A DNA stretch of 64,000 nucleotides from Flexilinea sp. (GTDB lineage: Bacteria > Chloroflexota > Anaerolineae > Anaerolineales > Anaerolineaceae): NCBI GenBank assembly GCA_026645735.1, contig JAPKMT010000009.1:2662-66661 (forward strand). Reading direction: 5' to 3'. The number at the start of each line of letters is the position of its first letter. Position 1 is the stretch's first letter. A program made the position numbers and the translations under genes. Shown piece by piece: positions 39,585 to 49,592 of this stretch. Below the pieces are notes generated by a model that had not been told where the DNA came from, did not search any database, and saw only the letters and a list, made by a program, of their open reading frames with translations.

Positions 39585-40532
39585 TTAATCGTTTTCTATA
39601 TCGAGAAATGTAATGCTGATTTCGAAATTGACAGATTCTCCCGGATTTAAAAATCGAACCGTCGCGCTTTTTTCTGAATTTGCTATACTGTCATAAAAAC
39701 TGGTCATTGGTTCCAATGCGCAATTATAATCGCCGCGAAAACCGCCGGCTGTCACCCAGAATCCCAAATATGGGAAAATTTGCGTATCATATTGAATTTG
39801 AACCGTGGTTTGTTCGTCTGGAAATCGGTAGCCGATCCGACCATCCCGAACGTTTCCCCATACAAAATATTTTTCGAAGGTATCATTATCGGGCTGAGGA
39901 ACCCTTGTGAAATCATAGCGTACTCCCAGCGGTGTATCCTCCTCCGGGAAAGAATAGATCATTCCAGGATTACCAAGTCGTTGTGATTGCAGTCCGTTCA
40001 TGATTTTCTCCGTCCCCTTTGGGAAAAGAATCCGCATATTCTTGCGGTAGACGGAGAGGCAATGAAAAGCCCAGAGGTACGGGAAAGCAATATCGCTTCG
40101 ATTCTCAATCTGCCAGAATCCATAGAGGGTTTGATCAGAAAGCTGAAATTGTTTCTGGTAGGTATATCCCAGCAGTCTGCTCTGATAATTCAGAACGGCT
40201 TTCTCTTCATGAATAGTAAGATCAAAGGGAGCCGACCAAATTTCTCCATGATCGGGATAATGCAACGGATTGCCATCGATCATCACGGTTTCTTCAATAA
40301 TGGTTGGAAATGCATCATCAAAACCGCAAGCCTCAAATGCTTCAAACGAATCCCCGATTGAAGCATTCGAATAACCGGATTTGGGATTTTGAAACAGAAA
40401 CTCAAAATTCTTTTTTTTGTAAAAAAACGAGGCAACTTTTCCGCCTCGTTTTGGAAGGATCACAGCAGAGGCAGTATCTGTTGACAACAGAACCGCTTGT
40501 TCGCCTTTCCAACTTATACTGGTTATTGTCAT
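39585..40532 (-). CDS. Galactose mutarotase-like / aldose 1-epimerase superfamily protein
   Basis: GFDDAFPT, YPDHGEIW, LWAFH, ALEP motifs. Confidence 0.75.
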   Translation of the reverse strand: MTITSISWKGEQAVLLSTDTASAVILPKRGGKVASFFYKKKNFEFLFQNPKSGYSNASIGDSFEAFEACGFDDAFPTIIEETVMIDGNPLHYPDHGEIWSAPFDLTIHEEKAVLNYQSRLLGYTYQKQFQLSDQTLYGFWQIENRSDIAFPYLWAFHCLSVYRKNMRILFPKGTEKIMNGLQSQRLGNPGMIYSFPEEDTPLGVRYDFTRVPQPDNDTFEKYFVWGNVRDGRIGYRFPDEQTTVQIQYDTQIFPYLGFWVTAGGFRGDYNCALEPMTSFYDSIANSEKSATVRFLNPGESVNFEISITFLDIEND

Positions 40533-40581
40533 AATCTTCTCTCTTTGGTCGGGTAGATTGACACCGGCAATACAAAATTAT

Positions 40582-40635
40582 CAGCGGTTTTTCGAACCAA
40601 GATAGAAATAGTTCTCCTCATATTTCGAATCGCTG
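40582..40635. mobile_element. Internally deleted MITE derivative (54 bp)
   Basis: Right end CATATTTCGAATCGCTG, weak left end CAGCGG..TTCGAA; no TSD. Confidence 0.45.
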
Positions 40636-40785
40636 TTAAGAAATACGATTACTCAATTTTATCAAGTGTTTGTTATAATCATTTGCAAGATTATTAACAG
40701 CATCATCACCTGCAGATCTATTCATCATTCAAGTCACAGATGATAAAAAACAGAACCGGTTTTAACCCACATTTCAAATTATCAG

Positions 40786-40855
40786 CAGCAATTCGAAATA
40801 TGAGAAGGTTTTCCTCTTTCTTTATTTGAAGATTAATCTCAATTTCAAATTACTG
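40786..40855. mobile_element. Internally deleted MITE derivative (70 bp)
   Basis: CAGCAATTCGAAATATG ... AATTTCAAATTACTG; flanks share ATCAG (5/9). Confidence 0.65.
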
Positions 40856-40871
40856 TTGCATCAGGTGAATC

Positions 40872-41405
40872 ATGGAAGAAATTGAACTCATCTTTCCTGA
40901 AGAGCAGCATAAAATGGCTGCATTGGCTTATAAGCAGGAACACTTTGATCATGGAGAATTTTCCATCCATGGAAGCGCGCTGCTGGACAAAATGGATTCG
41001 TACGAAGAATGGCTGAAGATGATCCGGGATAATACGGATCAAAAAACCGTTCGCGAAAGTTGGGTTCCATCCAGCACCTATTTTGCATTCCGTAAAACGG
41101 ATTGCAAATTGATCGGTATGATCGATTTTCGTCACCAATTCAATGAATATTTAAGGAATTTTGGCGGAAATATCGGTTATAGTGTCTGTCCATCTGAAAG
41201 AAAAAAAGGGTATGCGGTTCAAATGTTGAATTTAATTATGGAGAAAGCCAAACAAATCGGATTAAAAAAAGTGATGCTTTCCTGTTATCAGGAAAATGCC
41301 GCTTCAAGGAGAACGATTGAAAAATGCGGCGGTCTTCTTGAAAAAGAAATTCAAGAGCCGGACGGCAAAACGTTACAAATCTATTGGATTCAAATCCATT
41401 CCTGA
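40872..41405 (+). CDS. GNAT family N-acetyltransferase
   Basis: GGNIGYSVCPSERKKGYA, NAASRRTIEKCGG. Confidence 0.9.
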   Translation: MEEIELIFPEEQHKMAALAYKQEHFDHGEFSIHGSALLDKMDSYEEWLKMIRDNTDQKTVRESWVPSSTYFAFRKTDCKLIGMIDFRHQFNEYLRNFGGNIGYSVCPSERKKGYAVQMLNLIMEKAKQIGLKKVMLSCYQENAASRRTIEKCGGLLEKEIQEPDGKTLQIYWIQIHS

Positions 41406-41420
41406 CACAGGAAATCCACC

Positions 41421-41912
41421 ATGCAGGCTATCCACTCACAACAAACCAACGATTTGTCAGAACTTGAAAATTGGTTAAAACAAGCCCAAGTTCCATATAC
41501 CATCCTGAGTCATGACCGGACAATTCACTCTGCTGAGGAAGGCGCTGCTCAGGGCATTGGAGCACTTGCCAATATGGCTCCGACTTTCATCCTGCACACT
41601 GAAAACGGCTTTCTGACTGCCACAATCTGCGGAGATACGCGCTTATCCTACAAAAAGATCAAACGGGCGCTTGGTTTGAAAAATTTGTGTCTGGCTTCTC
41701 CGGATGAAGTAAAGCAAATCACTGGCGCCGAAATCGGATATGTCTCCATAATCAATCCCGGATTGTCCACAATCGTGGACACGCAAATTATCGAAAAAGA
41801 AACCATCTTTGGCGGCTGCGGCATTCCCGAGCATACGCTGCAGATTAACCCGATGGATCTCATCCGTCTGACCCAGGCTTTCGTTTTTGACTTTGCTGAA
41901 CCAAAAGAATAG
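41421..41912 (+). CDS. YbaK/EbsC family aminoacyl-tRNA deacylase-like protein
   Basis: LASPDEVKQITGAEIGYVS, FGGCG; position next to ileS. Confidence 0.8.
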   Translation: MQAIHSQQTNDLSELENWLKQAQVPYTILSHDRTIHSAEEGAAQGIGALANMAPTFILHTENGFLTATICGDTRLSYKKIKRALGLKNLCLASPDEVKQITGAEIGYVSIINPGLSTIVDTQIIEKETIFGGCGIPEHTLQINPMDLIRLTQAFVFDFAEPKE

Positions 41913-41966
41913 CCCGATAAGAAGAGGGCTCCAATCAATTTCTTAAATTAACGTATCAAATAATAG

Positions 41967-41997
41967 AAAAAAATCTGCTTTTTCAAGCAGATTTTTT
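41967..41997. terminator. Bidirectional terminator
   Basis: AAAAAATCTGCTT-TTTC-AAGCAGATTTTTT. Confidence 0.8.
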
Positions 41998-42002
41998 ATT
42001 CA

Positions 42003-45000
42003 TCAATGTTTTTTCAATCCCGCTTTGACGGTTTGCTGATCAAACTGGTCTTCCACGCCATCCCAGTCTGCGGGAATGCTGCCGGCGAGCAGGGACACTG
42101 CCAGCGTTTCCGTCTGGATGTATTCCGCATTGTCTTGGATCGCTTCCGCCAGCAGCGGACTCGCTTCATAGACAACGGCGATGCGATCGGAAATTTCCAG
42201 TCCGGCCGTCTTGCGCAAATCCTGAATACGGCGTACAAATTCGCGTGCCAGTCCTTCCTTGATTAACTCCGGTGTCAGTGTCGTTTCCAGCGCAGCGATG
42301 CTGGATCCGCTGGTTGCCACCACAAAACCGGCATGCGCATTGGCGCGAACTTCCACCTCTTCCGGAAGAATTTCATAACTTTCACCATCCATTGTTACGG
42401 TTACGGATTTTCCTTCCAATAACGCTTTACCGGCTTCCATCGGCTCTAACGATAAGATCGCTTTTCGCAGTGCCGGGAATAATTTGCCGTATTTCTGACC
42501 AAGTTGTTTCGGCTGCGGATTGAGAGTGAAGTCCATTGCTTCGGATGCTGCATCCAGCGGTCGTACTTTTTTGACATTCAGCTCTTCTTCCAATATGTCG
42601 GCATACTTCGCGATAATCGGCCGGTCTTCCGCCAGACCGACAGAAAACGCACATTCCGCCAATGGCTGGCGAACTTTCAAGTTTTCTTTGTTGCGTGCGG
42701 CATGACCCAGGGACGCCAGATCAACGACCAGATTCATCTCATGATTCAGTTGTTCATCAATCAGCGATTCATCAAAGACCGGCCAGTCCGCTATATGCAC
42801 CGATTCCACAGCATTTGGATCGATGGAACAGACCAGGTTTTGGTATAGCGCATCTGCCAGGAAAGGCATGGCCGGAGCAATCAGTTTTGCCACAGTCACC
42901 AGCGCGGTATACAGAACCTGATAGGCTGCATTTTTATCGCCATCGCCTTCGCTCTTCCAGAAACGCCTGCGGGAACGGCGCAAATACCAGTTCGACAACT
43001 GATCCACAAATGCCTGAATCGGACGGGTTGCGGCATTGACGTCGTATTCCTCATACGCTTTGGTGATGTTTCTGACCAGTGCATTCAATGCGGATAAAAG
43101 CCAGCGGTCCAGATCACTGTACTCGACCTTCTGCTCTTTATTGGGAGTCCAACCGTCCAGATTGGCATACATCACAAAAAATGAATAGGTGTTCCAGAGC
43201 TGCAGCGTAAAACTGCGCAGTACTTCATTGACCAGGTTGGATGAGAATCGGCGTTCCTGACCGGCCGGGCTGGAAGTAAACAGATACCAGCGCATCGCAT
43301 CGGCGCCATTGTCCTTGATCACATCCCAGGGCGAAACCACATTGCCGATGTGTTTGGACATCTTGTGCCCTTTTTCATCCAGAACCAATCCAAGACAAAT
43401 CACGTTTTTAAAACATTCCTGATTCATCAGAAGCGTACTGACCGCGTGCAGTGAATAAAACCAGCCGCGCGTCTGGTCAATCGCTTCACAGATATAATCC
43501 GCAGGATATTGTTCTTTAAATTCTTTTTCGTTCTTGATCGGGTATCCCCATTGGGCGTAGGGCATGGCTCCCGAATCAAACCAGACGTCAATCAATTCCG
43601 GCACACGATGCATCGTTCCGCCGCATTGTTCACAGCGCCAGGTAACTTCGTCCACATAAGGCCGATGCAATTCCAGATCGGAATAATCTTTTCCGGTTTT
43701 TTGTGACAGCGCTTCCCGGCTGCCGATACATTCCTGATGACCGCAGTCATCACAAATCCAGACCGGCAGCGGTGTTCCCCAATAACGGTTACGGCCTAAT
43801 GCCCAGTCGATATTATTCTCCAGCCAATTTCCAAAGCGGCCGTGTTTAATATGACCGGGATACCAGTTGATACGTTCATTCAGTTCCACCAACCTGTCCT
43901 TAAACTGACTGGTACGGATATACCAGGTGGGACGTGCCACATACAGCAGCGGCGTGCTGCAGCGCCAGCAGAAAGGATAGGTATGTTTGATTTTGCCATG
44001 TTTCAACATGCGGTCGCGGGAAACCAGTTCTTTGATGATCAGCGGATCCGCATCCTTGACAAAAAGTCCAGCCCATGGCGTGACTTCTGGTATAAATTTG
44101 CCTGCGCCGTCCACTGTCATCAGCAGCGGGAAATCTTCCCGTTTTCCAACTTCATTGTCTTCTGCACCGAACGATGGAGCAATATGGACCAGACCGGTTC
44201 CGTCTTCAGTCGTCACATAATCCGCCAGGACAATGCGATGTGCCGGTTTTTCAAGCGGCAGAAAACGATACAACGGTTCGTAACGCCATCCCTTCAACGC
44301 GCTGCCTTGATAAGACTCAAGAATTTTTACATCCTCGCCTGGCAGAACAACCGGAACCAGTGTCTCCGCCATGATCAATTTTTCAGAGGAACCATCTTCT
44401 TTGGTTCGTTCAATTTTTACATAGGTGACATCCGGATGCGCAGCGACACCGACATTAGCCGGAAGTGTCCACGGCGTCGTCGTCCATACCAGAAGGTTCG
44501 TATCCGGTTGATCGATCAACTGTAATCTGAAATAAATCGATGGATCCTCAGCTTCCTGATACCCCTGAGCAACTTCATGATCGGCAAGTGGTGTCCCGCA
44601 GCGCGGGCAATAAGGCACCACTTTAAATCCCTGGTATAACAAATTGCGGTCAAAAAAGTTTTTGAGGATACTCCACTCCGATTCAATATACTCATCCTTA
44701 TAGGTCACATAAGCCGTACTCAGGTCCACCCAATAGGCAACCCGTTCCGTCATTCTTTCCCATTCCTGGATATTTGTAAAAGCGGATTCTTTGCAGAGTT
44801 TGTTAAATTTATCAATCCCATAATCTTCAATTTGCTGTTTGTTGGTAAAACCCAGTTTCTTTTCGACTTCAATTTCCACCGGAAGACCATGTGTGTCCCA
44901 CCCGCCGCGCCGGCTGATATGACAGCCTTGCATGGTGCGATAACGGAGGATCACATCCTTGAAAGAACGGGAAAGGACATGATGGACACCCGGTTTTCCG

Positions 45001-45152
45001 TTAGCAGTCGGAGGACCTTCGAAAAAGATAAATTCTTTCTTCCCCGCCCGATTGTCCGTTGATTTTTGAAAAATATCCTTCTCTTTCCAATAATTGAGGA
45101 TACCTTCTTCCATTTCATTCACATTGAGTTTTGCCGATACTGGCTTGAACAT
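42003..45152 (-). CDS. ileS: Isoleucine--tRNA ligase, type 2
   Basis: EGPPTANG.PGVHH, GWDTHGLPVE, WTTTPWTLP, RYWGTPLP, KMSKH; RBS before ATG 45152. Confidence 0.97.
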   Translation of the reverse strand: MFKPVSAKLNVNEMEEGILNYWKEKDIFQKSTDNRAGKKEFIFFEGPPTANGKPGVHHVLSRSFKDVILRYRTMQGCHISRRGGWDTHGLPVEIEVEKKLGFTNKQQIEDYGIDKFNKLCKESAFTNIQEWERMTERVAYWVDLSTAYVTYKDEYIESEWSILKNFFDRNLLYQGFKVVPYCPRCGTPLADHEVAQGYQEAEDPSIYFRLQLIDQPDTNLLVWTTTPWTLPANVGVAAHPDVTYVKIERTKEDGSSEKLIMAETLVPVVLPGEDVKILESYQGSALKGWRYEPLYRFLPLEKPAHRIVLADYVTTEDGTGLVHIAPSFGAEDNEVGKREDFPLLMTVDGAGKFIPEVTPWAGLFVKDADPLIIKELVSRDRMLKHGKIKHTYPFCWRCSTPLLYVARPTWYIRTSQFKDRLVELNERINWYPGHIKHGRFGNWLENNIDWALGRNRYWGTPLPVWICDDCGHQECIGSREALSQKTGKDYSDLELHRPYVDEVTWRCEQCGGTMHRVPELIDVWFDSGAMPYAQWGYPIKNEKEFKEQYPADYICEAIDQTRGWFYSLHAVSTLLMNQECFKNVICLGLVLDEKGHKMSKHIGNVVSPWDVIKDNGADAMRWYLFTSSPAGQERRFSSNLVNEVLRSFTLQLWNTYSFFVMYANLDGWTPNKEQKVEYSDLDRWLLSALNALVRNITKAYEEYDVNAATRPIQAFVDQLSNWYLRRSRRRFWKSEGDGDKNAAYQVLYTALVTVAKLIAPAMPFLADALYQNLVCSIDPNAVESVHIADWPVFDESLIDEQLNHEMNLVVDLASLGHAARNKENLKVRQPLAECAFSVGLAEDRPIIAKYADILEEELNVKKVRPLDAASEAMDFTLNPQPKQLGQKYGKLFPALRKAILSLEPMEAGKALLEGKSVTVTMDGESYEILPEEVEVRANAHAGFVVATSGSSIAALETTLTPELIKEGLAREFVRRIQDLRKTAGLEISDRIAVVYEASPLLAEAIQDNAEYIQTETLAVSLLAGSIPADWDGVEDQFDQQTVKAGLKKH

Positions 45153-45186
45153 GTTGTTCCTCCGAAAAAACGAATTTCGTGTACTT

Positions 45187-45437
45187 AAAATAAATAACCG
45201 TCCCCATAAGGGACGGACAGATTCCGCGGTACCACCCTTGTTTTCATCATTAAGAAAATGATGAACGCTTTCATCCTGATAACGGTGGAATTTTGCCGTC
45301 TCACTTACTTGTATGAAGTTAATCATACGTTCAGATCAAAGCTCCGAAAGGATTTTCTCTCTGCACATCTCTGCCCGGCTCTCACCATTCCGGGTTCGCT
45401 GTAGATGAAATCACAAAGATACTCGTTTTCATCAACG
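45187..45437 (-). ncRNA. T-box riboswitch (Ile specifier) upstream of ileS
   Basis: AGCGA/GGTGAGAGCC stem I boxes, ATC specifier candidate at 45336-45334, AGTA and CCGTTA boxes, AAGGGTGGTACCGCGG T-box (45239-45224), terminator CCGTCCC/GGGACGG plus T-rich tail. Confidence 0.92.
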
Positions 45438-45490
45438 CCAGATTATTGGCATATTTAACCATATTTTTAACAATTGGTCAAATCAGATAC

Positions 45491-45613
45491 AAGCGATTCT
45501 TAGTATGGAAAAAAATAATTGTTGTTGTGGTGTTTTTGTGCGAAGCGCAAAAACACCACAACAACATATTTTCTCTTGAAATTCGAAAAGCATGGCCTTA
45601 TTTCGGATTGATA
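45491..45613 (-). mobile_element. 123-bp MITE copy
   Basis: 21/22-bp arms with GAA loop; TSD ATCAGATAC/ATCAGATGC (8/9). Confidence 0.9.
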
Positions 45614-45690
45614 ATCAGATGCAATAAGAAACGAAGAATAGCCTTTCGAACTAACCGATAACATTTTTACCGGTATATCGCTGAAGTGAT

Positions 45691-46146
45691 CTACTCAAAT
45701 CTGCTTTTTTCGTAGTTATAGGGGATGCTGGTACCGACAACAACATCCTCAATTTTTTCAACGATCAGCCAATCATCCATGTTATTTTGATGGTCAAATT
45801 GCAGCGGATCGATTCCCTGAACCTCTTTAAATTCGACAAGGCACAGGCATTTTTTGGTCCAGCGCAGTATCTGCTTTTCAGAAAGATTCAGTTTATTTTG
45901 TCGGTCTCGAATAATTTTTTCAGCTTCCTCATCAGAAAGCTTCACAAAATTCTCCACAGCAGCCACAATTGCTTTTGCAGAAATCAAACCGGTCCCTTTT
46001 TTCATAAAAAACAGGATTTCCCCTGCAAAGACTCGCGAATGCGGTATTTTTCTTCCTGCGGCTCCGCGAATGATCATCGTCTTCGATCCCGCAAGAATTT
46101 TATCAAGCTCTTTTTCCTTGTCATCACAATAAACCAAATGCACCAT
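45691..46146 (-). CDS. Conserved hypothetical protein, possibly ASCH/PUA-like
   Basis: ELDKILAGSKTMIIR resembles the ASCH G.KT.T/I.R motif; RBS before ATG 46146. Confidence 0.5.
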   Translation of the reverse strand: MVHLVYCDDKEKELDKILAGSKTMIIRGAAGRKIPHSRVFAGEILFFMKKGTGLISAKAIVAAVENFVKLSDEEAEKIIRDRQNKLNLSEKQILRWTKKCLCLVEFKEVQGIDPLQFDHQNNMDDWLIVEKIEDVVVGTSIPYNYEKSRFE

Positions 46147-46275
46147 CTCAGTTTTTCTCCTAATTATGTCTGATTCGTGTTTAGAAAAATCGCGAGGACT
46201 AATTATTGTTCCATTGTTATTGAACAAATCGCAATAACAATGGAACAACCGGTTCTCTCTCTTTATTGATTAAAC

Positions 46276-47391
46276 TCAGAGACACTGATGTTTTTTCTCG
46301 ATTGGATCATAATCGAAATCAAAATCAAAATGACGTGGTCCAAAAATATCGAGTCCTTTTTGCGTACGCCATTGTTCTGGTGCAGGCAATCCAATAATCG
46401 TGACATTCATTCCTTCCGAAAAGTGAGGGTTGATATTGGGCATGTTGGTGTCATCGTTAAAAATGCAAATTAAATCCGGCGCCATGACATCCACTTTGCC
46501 GTCTTTCCATGAGACAATGTGTTCATTCTTGTACCATACATGGTATTCGCTGCCGCTGAATTCCCCTTCGCCACGAAAATATGCATCACCTACTGTGAAT
46601 CCCTCCACCGTATCATATTGATGTTTTGTCAGCTTACCTTGAAATAACAGGTAACCGTTCATTCCGGTTGCGACTGCCAAACCAGCCGGTTTCCCCTCTT
46701 GCAAAGCTTTACTAAAGATTTTCCCGATTTTCCAGGCATAGGAAATCGCACCCTGGATGACAGCATTTTTCAGCACGCCTGCCCGAGCCGGATGATCCGT
46801 TACACCAATACTGTTTTTGCTGGCAACTGCCAAAGCGCGAACCAGCGCTTCTGCACGAGTTTCATCAACCACTTGAGGAAATACTGCAACATCACCGAAC
46901 TGATTGGCGCATGAAATCGGATAGATTGGCAGATCAAAAATGTTATACGTTGAGTGAATCAATTCAGGAACTGAACGGCCGGCAGGATCTGCATCCATAA
47001 TAAACCGATCCATCAAGGCTGCTGTATAAAAAGCCTCGGCCGTGTTTCCACCGCCTAATTCCGTAGATACGACCCCATAAAAAGATTCGCCGATATAGGC
47101 TTCCATCGCCTTGTATGCCAGAAAACCCAGCGGTTCTTTCAACACCGGCAATCCGGCATAACGCGCCTCGAGCTCCGGTGTTGTTGGAGAAATGCTGCCA
47201 CACACGTAGGGAGTTGCGATCCAGGCATCTTCCGGAACCTCTGAAAAATCTACCATACGGAAGCGTTTCCCCATTTCAAAAGCCTTTTCAATTAATCGGA
47301 TTCCCTTTTCCGGAGATCCACCGCCGCCGGTTCCCAGAATGGTACAACCGTATAAAATTTCTTTAATGTCTTGTATCGATAATTCAATCAT
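46276..47391 (-). CDS. DUF917 family protein (copy 1)
   Basis: LGTGGGGS, ELGGGN, DADPAGRSVPEL, WYKNEH, PDLI. Confidence 0.88.
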   Translation of the reverse strand: MIELSIQDIKEILYGCTILGTGGGGSPEKGIRLIEKAFEMGKRFRMVDFSEVPEDAWIATPYVCGSISPTTPELEARYAGLPVLKEPLGFLAYKAMEAYIGESFYGVVSTELGGGNTAEAFYTAALMDRFIMDADPAGRSVPELIHSTYNIFDLPIYPISCANQFGDVAVFPQVVDETRAEALVRALAVASKNSIGVTDHPARAGVLKNAVIQGAISYAWKIGKIFSKALQEGKPAGLAVATGMNGYLLFQGKLTKHQYDTVEGFTVGDAYFRGEGEFSGSEYHVWYKNEHIVSWKDGKVDVMAPDLICIFNDDTNMPNINPHFSEGMNVTIIGLPAPEQWRTQKGLDIFGPRHFDFDFDYDPIEKKHQCL

Positions 47392-47508
47392 TTGAATAAG
47401 TTCCTTTGTTATTATTATTTTAATGAAACATCCAAAAAATAAACCTGGAAAACATCATAACTGCATTCCTGATAGTATTTTTTTATCATATAAAAAAAAT
47501 AAAAAAGG

Positions 47509-48555
47509 TTATCCCCCGGTCAATTTTTTCGCGATTTCCAGTAAATCCGGATGAACGATTACGCCATTTTCCATGAATAGTTCATCATCCAGCCAAACCG
47601 AAGAATTCAGACACAATCCATCACAATGTGATTTTGCCTGGATTCCATCCGGTGGTGCATCAACCGGGCTGAGATAACCCATACCCCATTCTGTACATCC
47701 CCACACGCGCTCATCTTCCAATACGTTTCCGCACATACGCGCCCCCGGATTAAAGCCATAACATCCATGAGCCAAACGGAACATATTGGGATCATCAAAA
47801 CTTTTCAGCCAGCGAAGCAATTCTTCCGCCTGATTTCCGCCATAAATCTTTTGAATGACACCATTTTCAATATCCAGAAAAACGGGCTCCTTAAGAAATC
47901 CGCAGGGAGGAGAAATTGTCCCGTCGAAAACCAGTTTCCCCTGAATGGAATCAAAATCAGGGAAAAAGCTGATTTGCCCGCTGAGGAAATGAGCTCCCGG
48001 GGTATCCGCCATTCCATCATCGCAGCCAACGATCCGTTCTTTGATCAACCGGAAAGAAAGATCATTCCCAGCAGGAGTGGTTATTCGCATCCGGCTGCTG
48101 TTTTGTGTCATTTCAGTTATCTGATGCAGAAAATCGGAAAGAAGCACAGCGTCAATTCTGCCAATCAGCCGAACCATCATATCGACTGTCATTCCCACCA
48201 GGCAGCTATAGCGCAATTTTTTATTTTCATTCATTGCTTTCTCAAACGGGGTGGAATAGAGCAGCCATTGCTGGTTAAATTCGACCCAGGCATCCGCATA
48301 AAGCAACGCTCCAGTCAATGAATCCACAGGGAGCATACTGTCCGCAGCTTTTCCAACACCCAGCGGTGATACAAGCGTAATGGTCATTGGTTTCGCACCG
48401 GCAGTGTGTGCTGCTGCGGCAACGGCATCGACTACACGCATGTCCGTCTGTGTATCGGCAGTAATGACAATCGTCTCCCCTTTTTTCAGTCGAAACATAT
48501 CATTAATCAGGATGGAAGCTGCTTTTGCCAATTCATATTCAAAATATTCAGTCAT
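47509..48555 (-). CDS. Aminopeptidase T/M29-NicX superfamily protein
   Basis: RITTPAGNDLSF, G.LVFDG, AHGCYGFNP, EDERVWG, SHCDG. Confidence 0.75.
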   Translation of the reverse strand: MTEYFEYELAKAASILINDMFRLKKGETIVITADTQTDMRVVDAVAAAAHTAGAKPMTITLVSPLGVGKAADSMLPVDSLTGALLYADAWVEFNQQWLLYSTPFEKAMNENKKLRYSCLVGMTVDMMVRLIGRIDAVLLSDFLHQITEMTQNSSRMRITTPAGNDLSFRLIKERIVGCDDGMADTPGAHFLSGQISFFPDFDSIQGKLVFDGTISPPCGFLKEPVFLDIENGVIQKIYGGNQAEELLRWLKSFDDPNMFRLAHGCYGFNPGARMCGNVLEDERVWGCTEWGMGYLSPVDAPPDGIQAKSHCDGLCLNSSVWLDDELFMENGVIVHPDLLEIAKKLTGG

Positions 48556-48614
48556 AATCTCTCCAGGTTTTATTTTGAGTTACTTTTCTTCTGTCAAAGG
48601 CTGATGCCGAAATC

Positions 48615-49592
48615 TCAGGGTTTTAATAAATGACATGCAGCTTGATGGTCCTGATCGACAAACACAGCCTTTGGTTCAATTTCTGAACAGACAGGCATTG
48701 CCCTGGGACAGCGCGTATGAAACCGGCATCCAGTTGGTGGATTAATCGCACTGGGTACATTCCCTTCAATCGTACGCAGCTCCGATAGGTTGCGCATCGA
48801 CAAGGACGGTATTGCATTGAATAATGCTTGCGTATATGGATGGACCGGCTCGCTGAAAATCGCTTCTGCTGGACCCTGTTCAACGATTTTCCCTAAATAC
48901 ATCACGATGATACGGTCCGACAAATAATGTACGACACTCAAGTCATGGGAAATCAGGATATACGTCAAACCCAGTTTTTCTTTTAACTGCTGCAAGAGGT
49001 CCAGAATCTGAGCCTGTGACAAAATGTCAATCGAGGAAGTCGGTTCGTCGAGCACCACCAATTTTGGTTCCAGTGCTAACGCTCGGGCAATCGCAATTCG
49101 CTGCCGTTGTCCACCGGAAAACTCATGCGGATATTTATACAGACTGTCCTTGGGCAGCCCTACCATATCCAACAGGTTTTCAACTTTTTCGGATAAAGTC
49201 AGTCCGGATAATTTCTGATGAACACTTAAAGGTTCACCAATGACATTCCGCACCAGCATACGCGGATTCAATGACCAGAAAGGATCCTGAAAAACAATCT
49301 GGATATTTTTCCGTACCTTATCCCGCAGCATTTTTTGTGAAACACGGGTGATGTCCAATCCATCAAAAAAAATTGATCCTTCTGTGGAATCCTCAAGCCG
49401 CAGCAATACATTGACGAGTGTTGTTTTCCCGCATCCGGACTCCCCAACCAACCCGATGGTTTCTCCGGATTGAATCATAAGGTCGATACCATCGACTGCC
49501 TTGACCCATTGTTTTTTGGTTTCAAATAACCGGTTGGATCGGACTGGAAAATATTTTTTCAAGGCTTCAACTTTAACCAGCGGCTGATTCAT
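48615..49592 (-). CDS. Oligopeptide/dipeptide ABC ATP-binding protein (DppF/OppF-like)
   Basis: GESGCGKT, HEFSGGQRQRI, CRFHTRCP. Confidence 0.93.
   Translation of the reverse strand: MNQPLVKVEALKKYFPVRSNRLFETKKQWVKAVDGIDLMIQSGETIGLVGESGCGKTTLVNVLLRLEDSTEGSIFFDGLDITRVSQKMLRDKVRKNIQIVFQDPFWSLNPRMLVRNVIGEPLSVHQKLSGLTLSEKVENLLDMVGLPKDSLYKYPHEFSGGQRQRIAIARALALEPKLVVLDEPTSSIDILSQAQILDLLQQLKEKLGLTYILISHDLSVVHYLSDRIIVMYLGKIVEQGPAEAIFSEPVHPYTQALFNAIPSLSMRNLSELRTIEGNVPSAINPPTGCRFHTRCPRAMPVCSEIEPKAVFVDQDHQAACHLLKP

Noticed and set aside
45153-45326. N-terminal extension of IleRS in the ORF track
   Set aside because: Overlaps the T-box leader and terminator; the RBS supports ATG at 45152.
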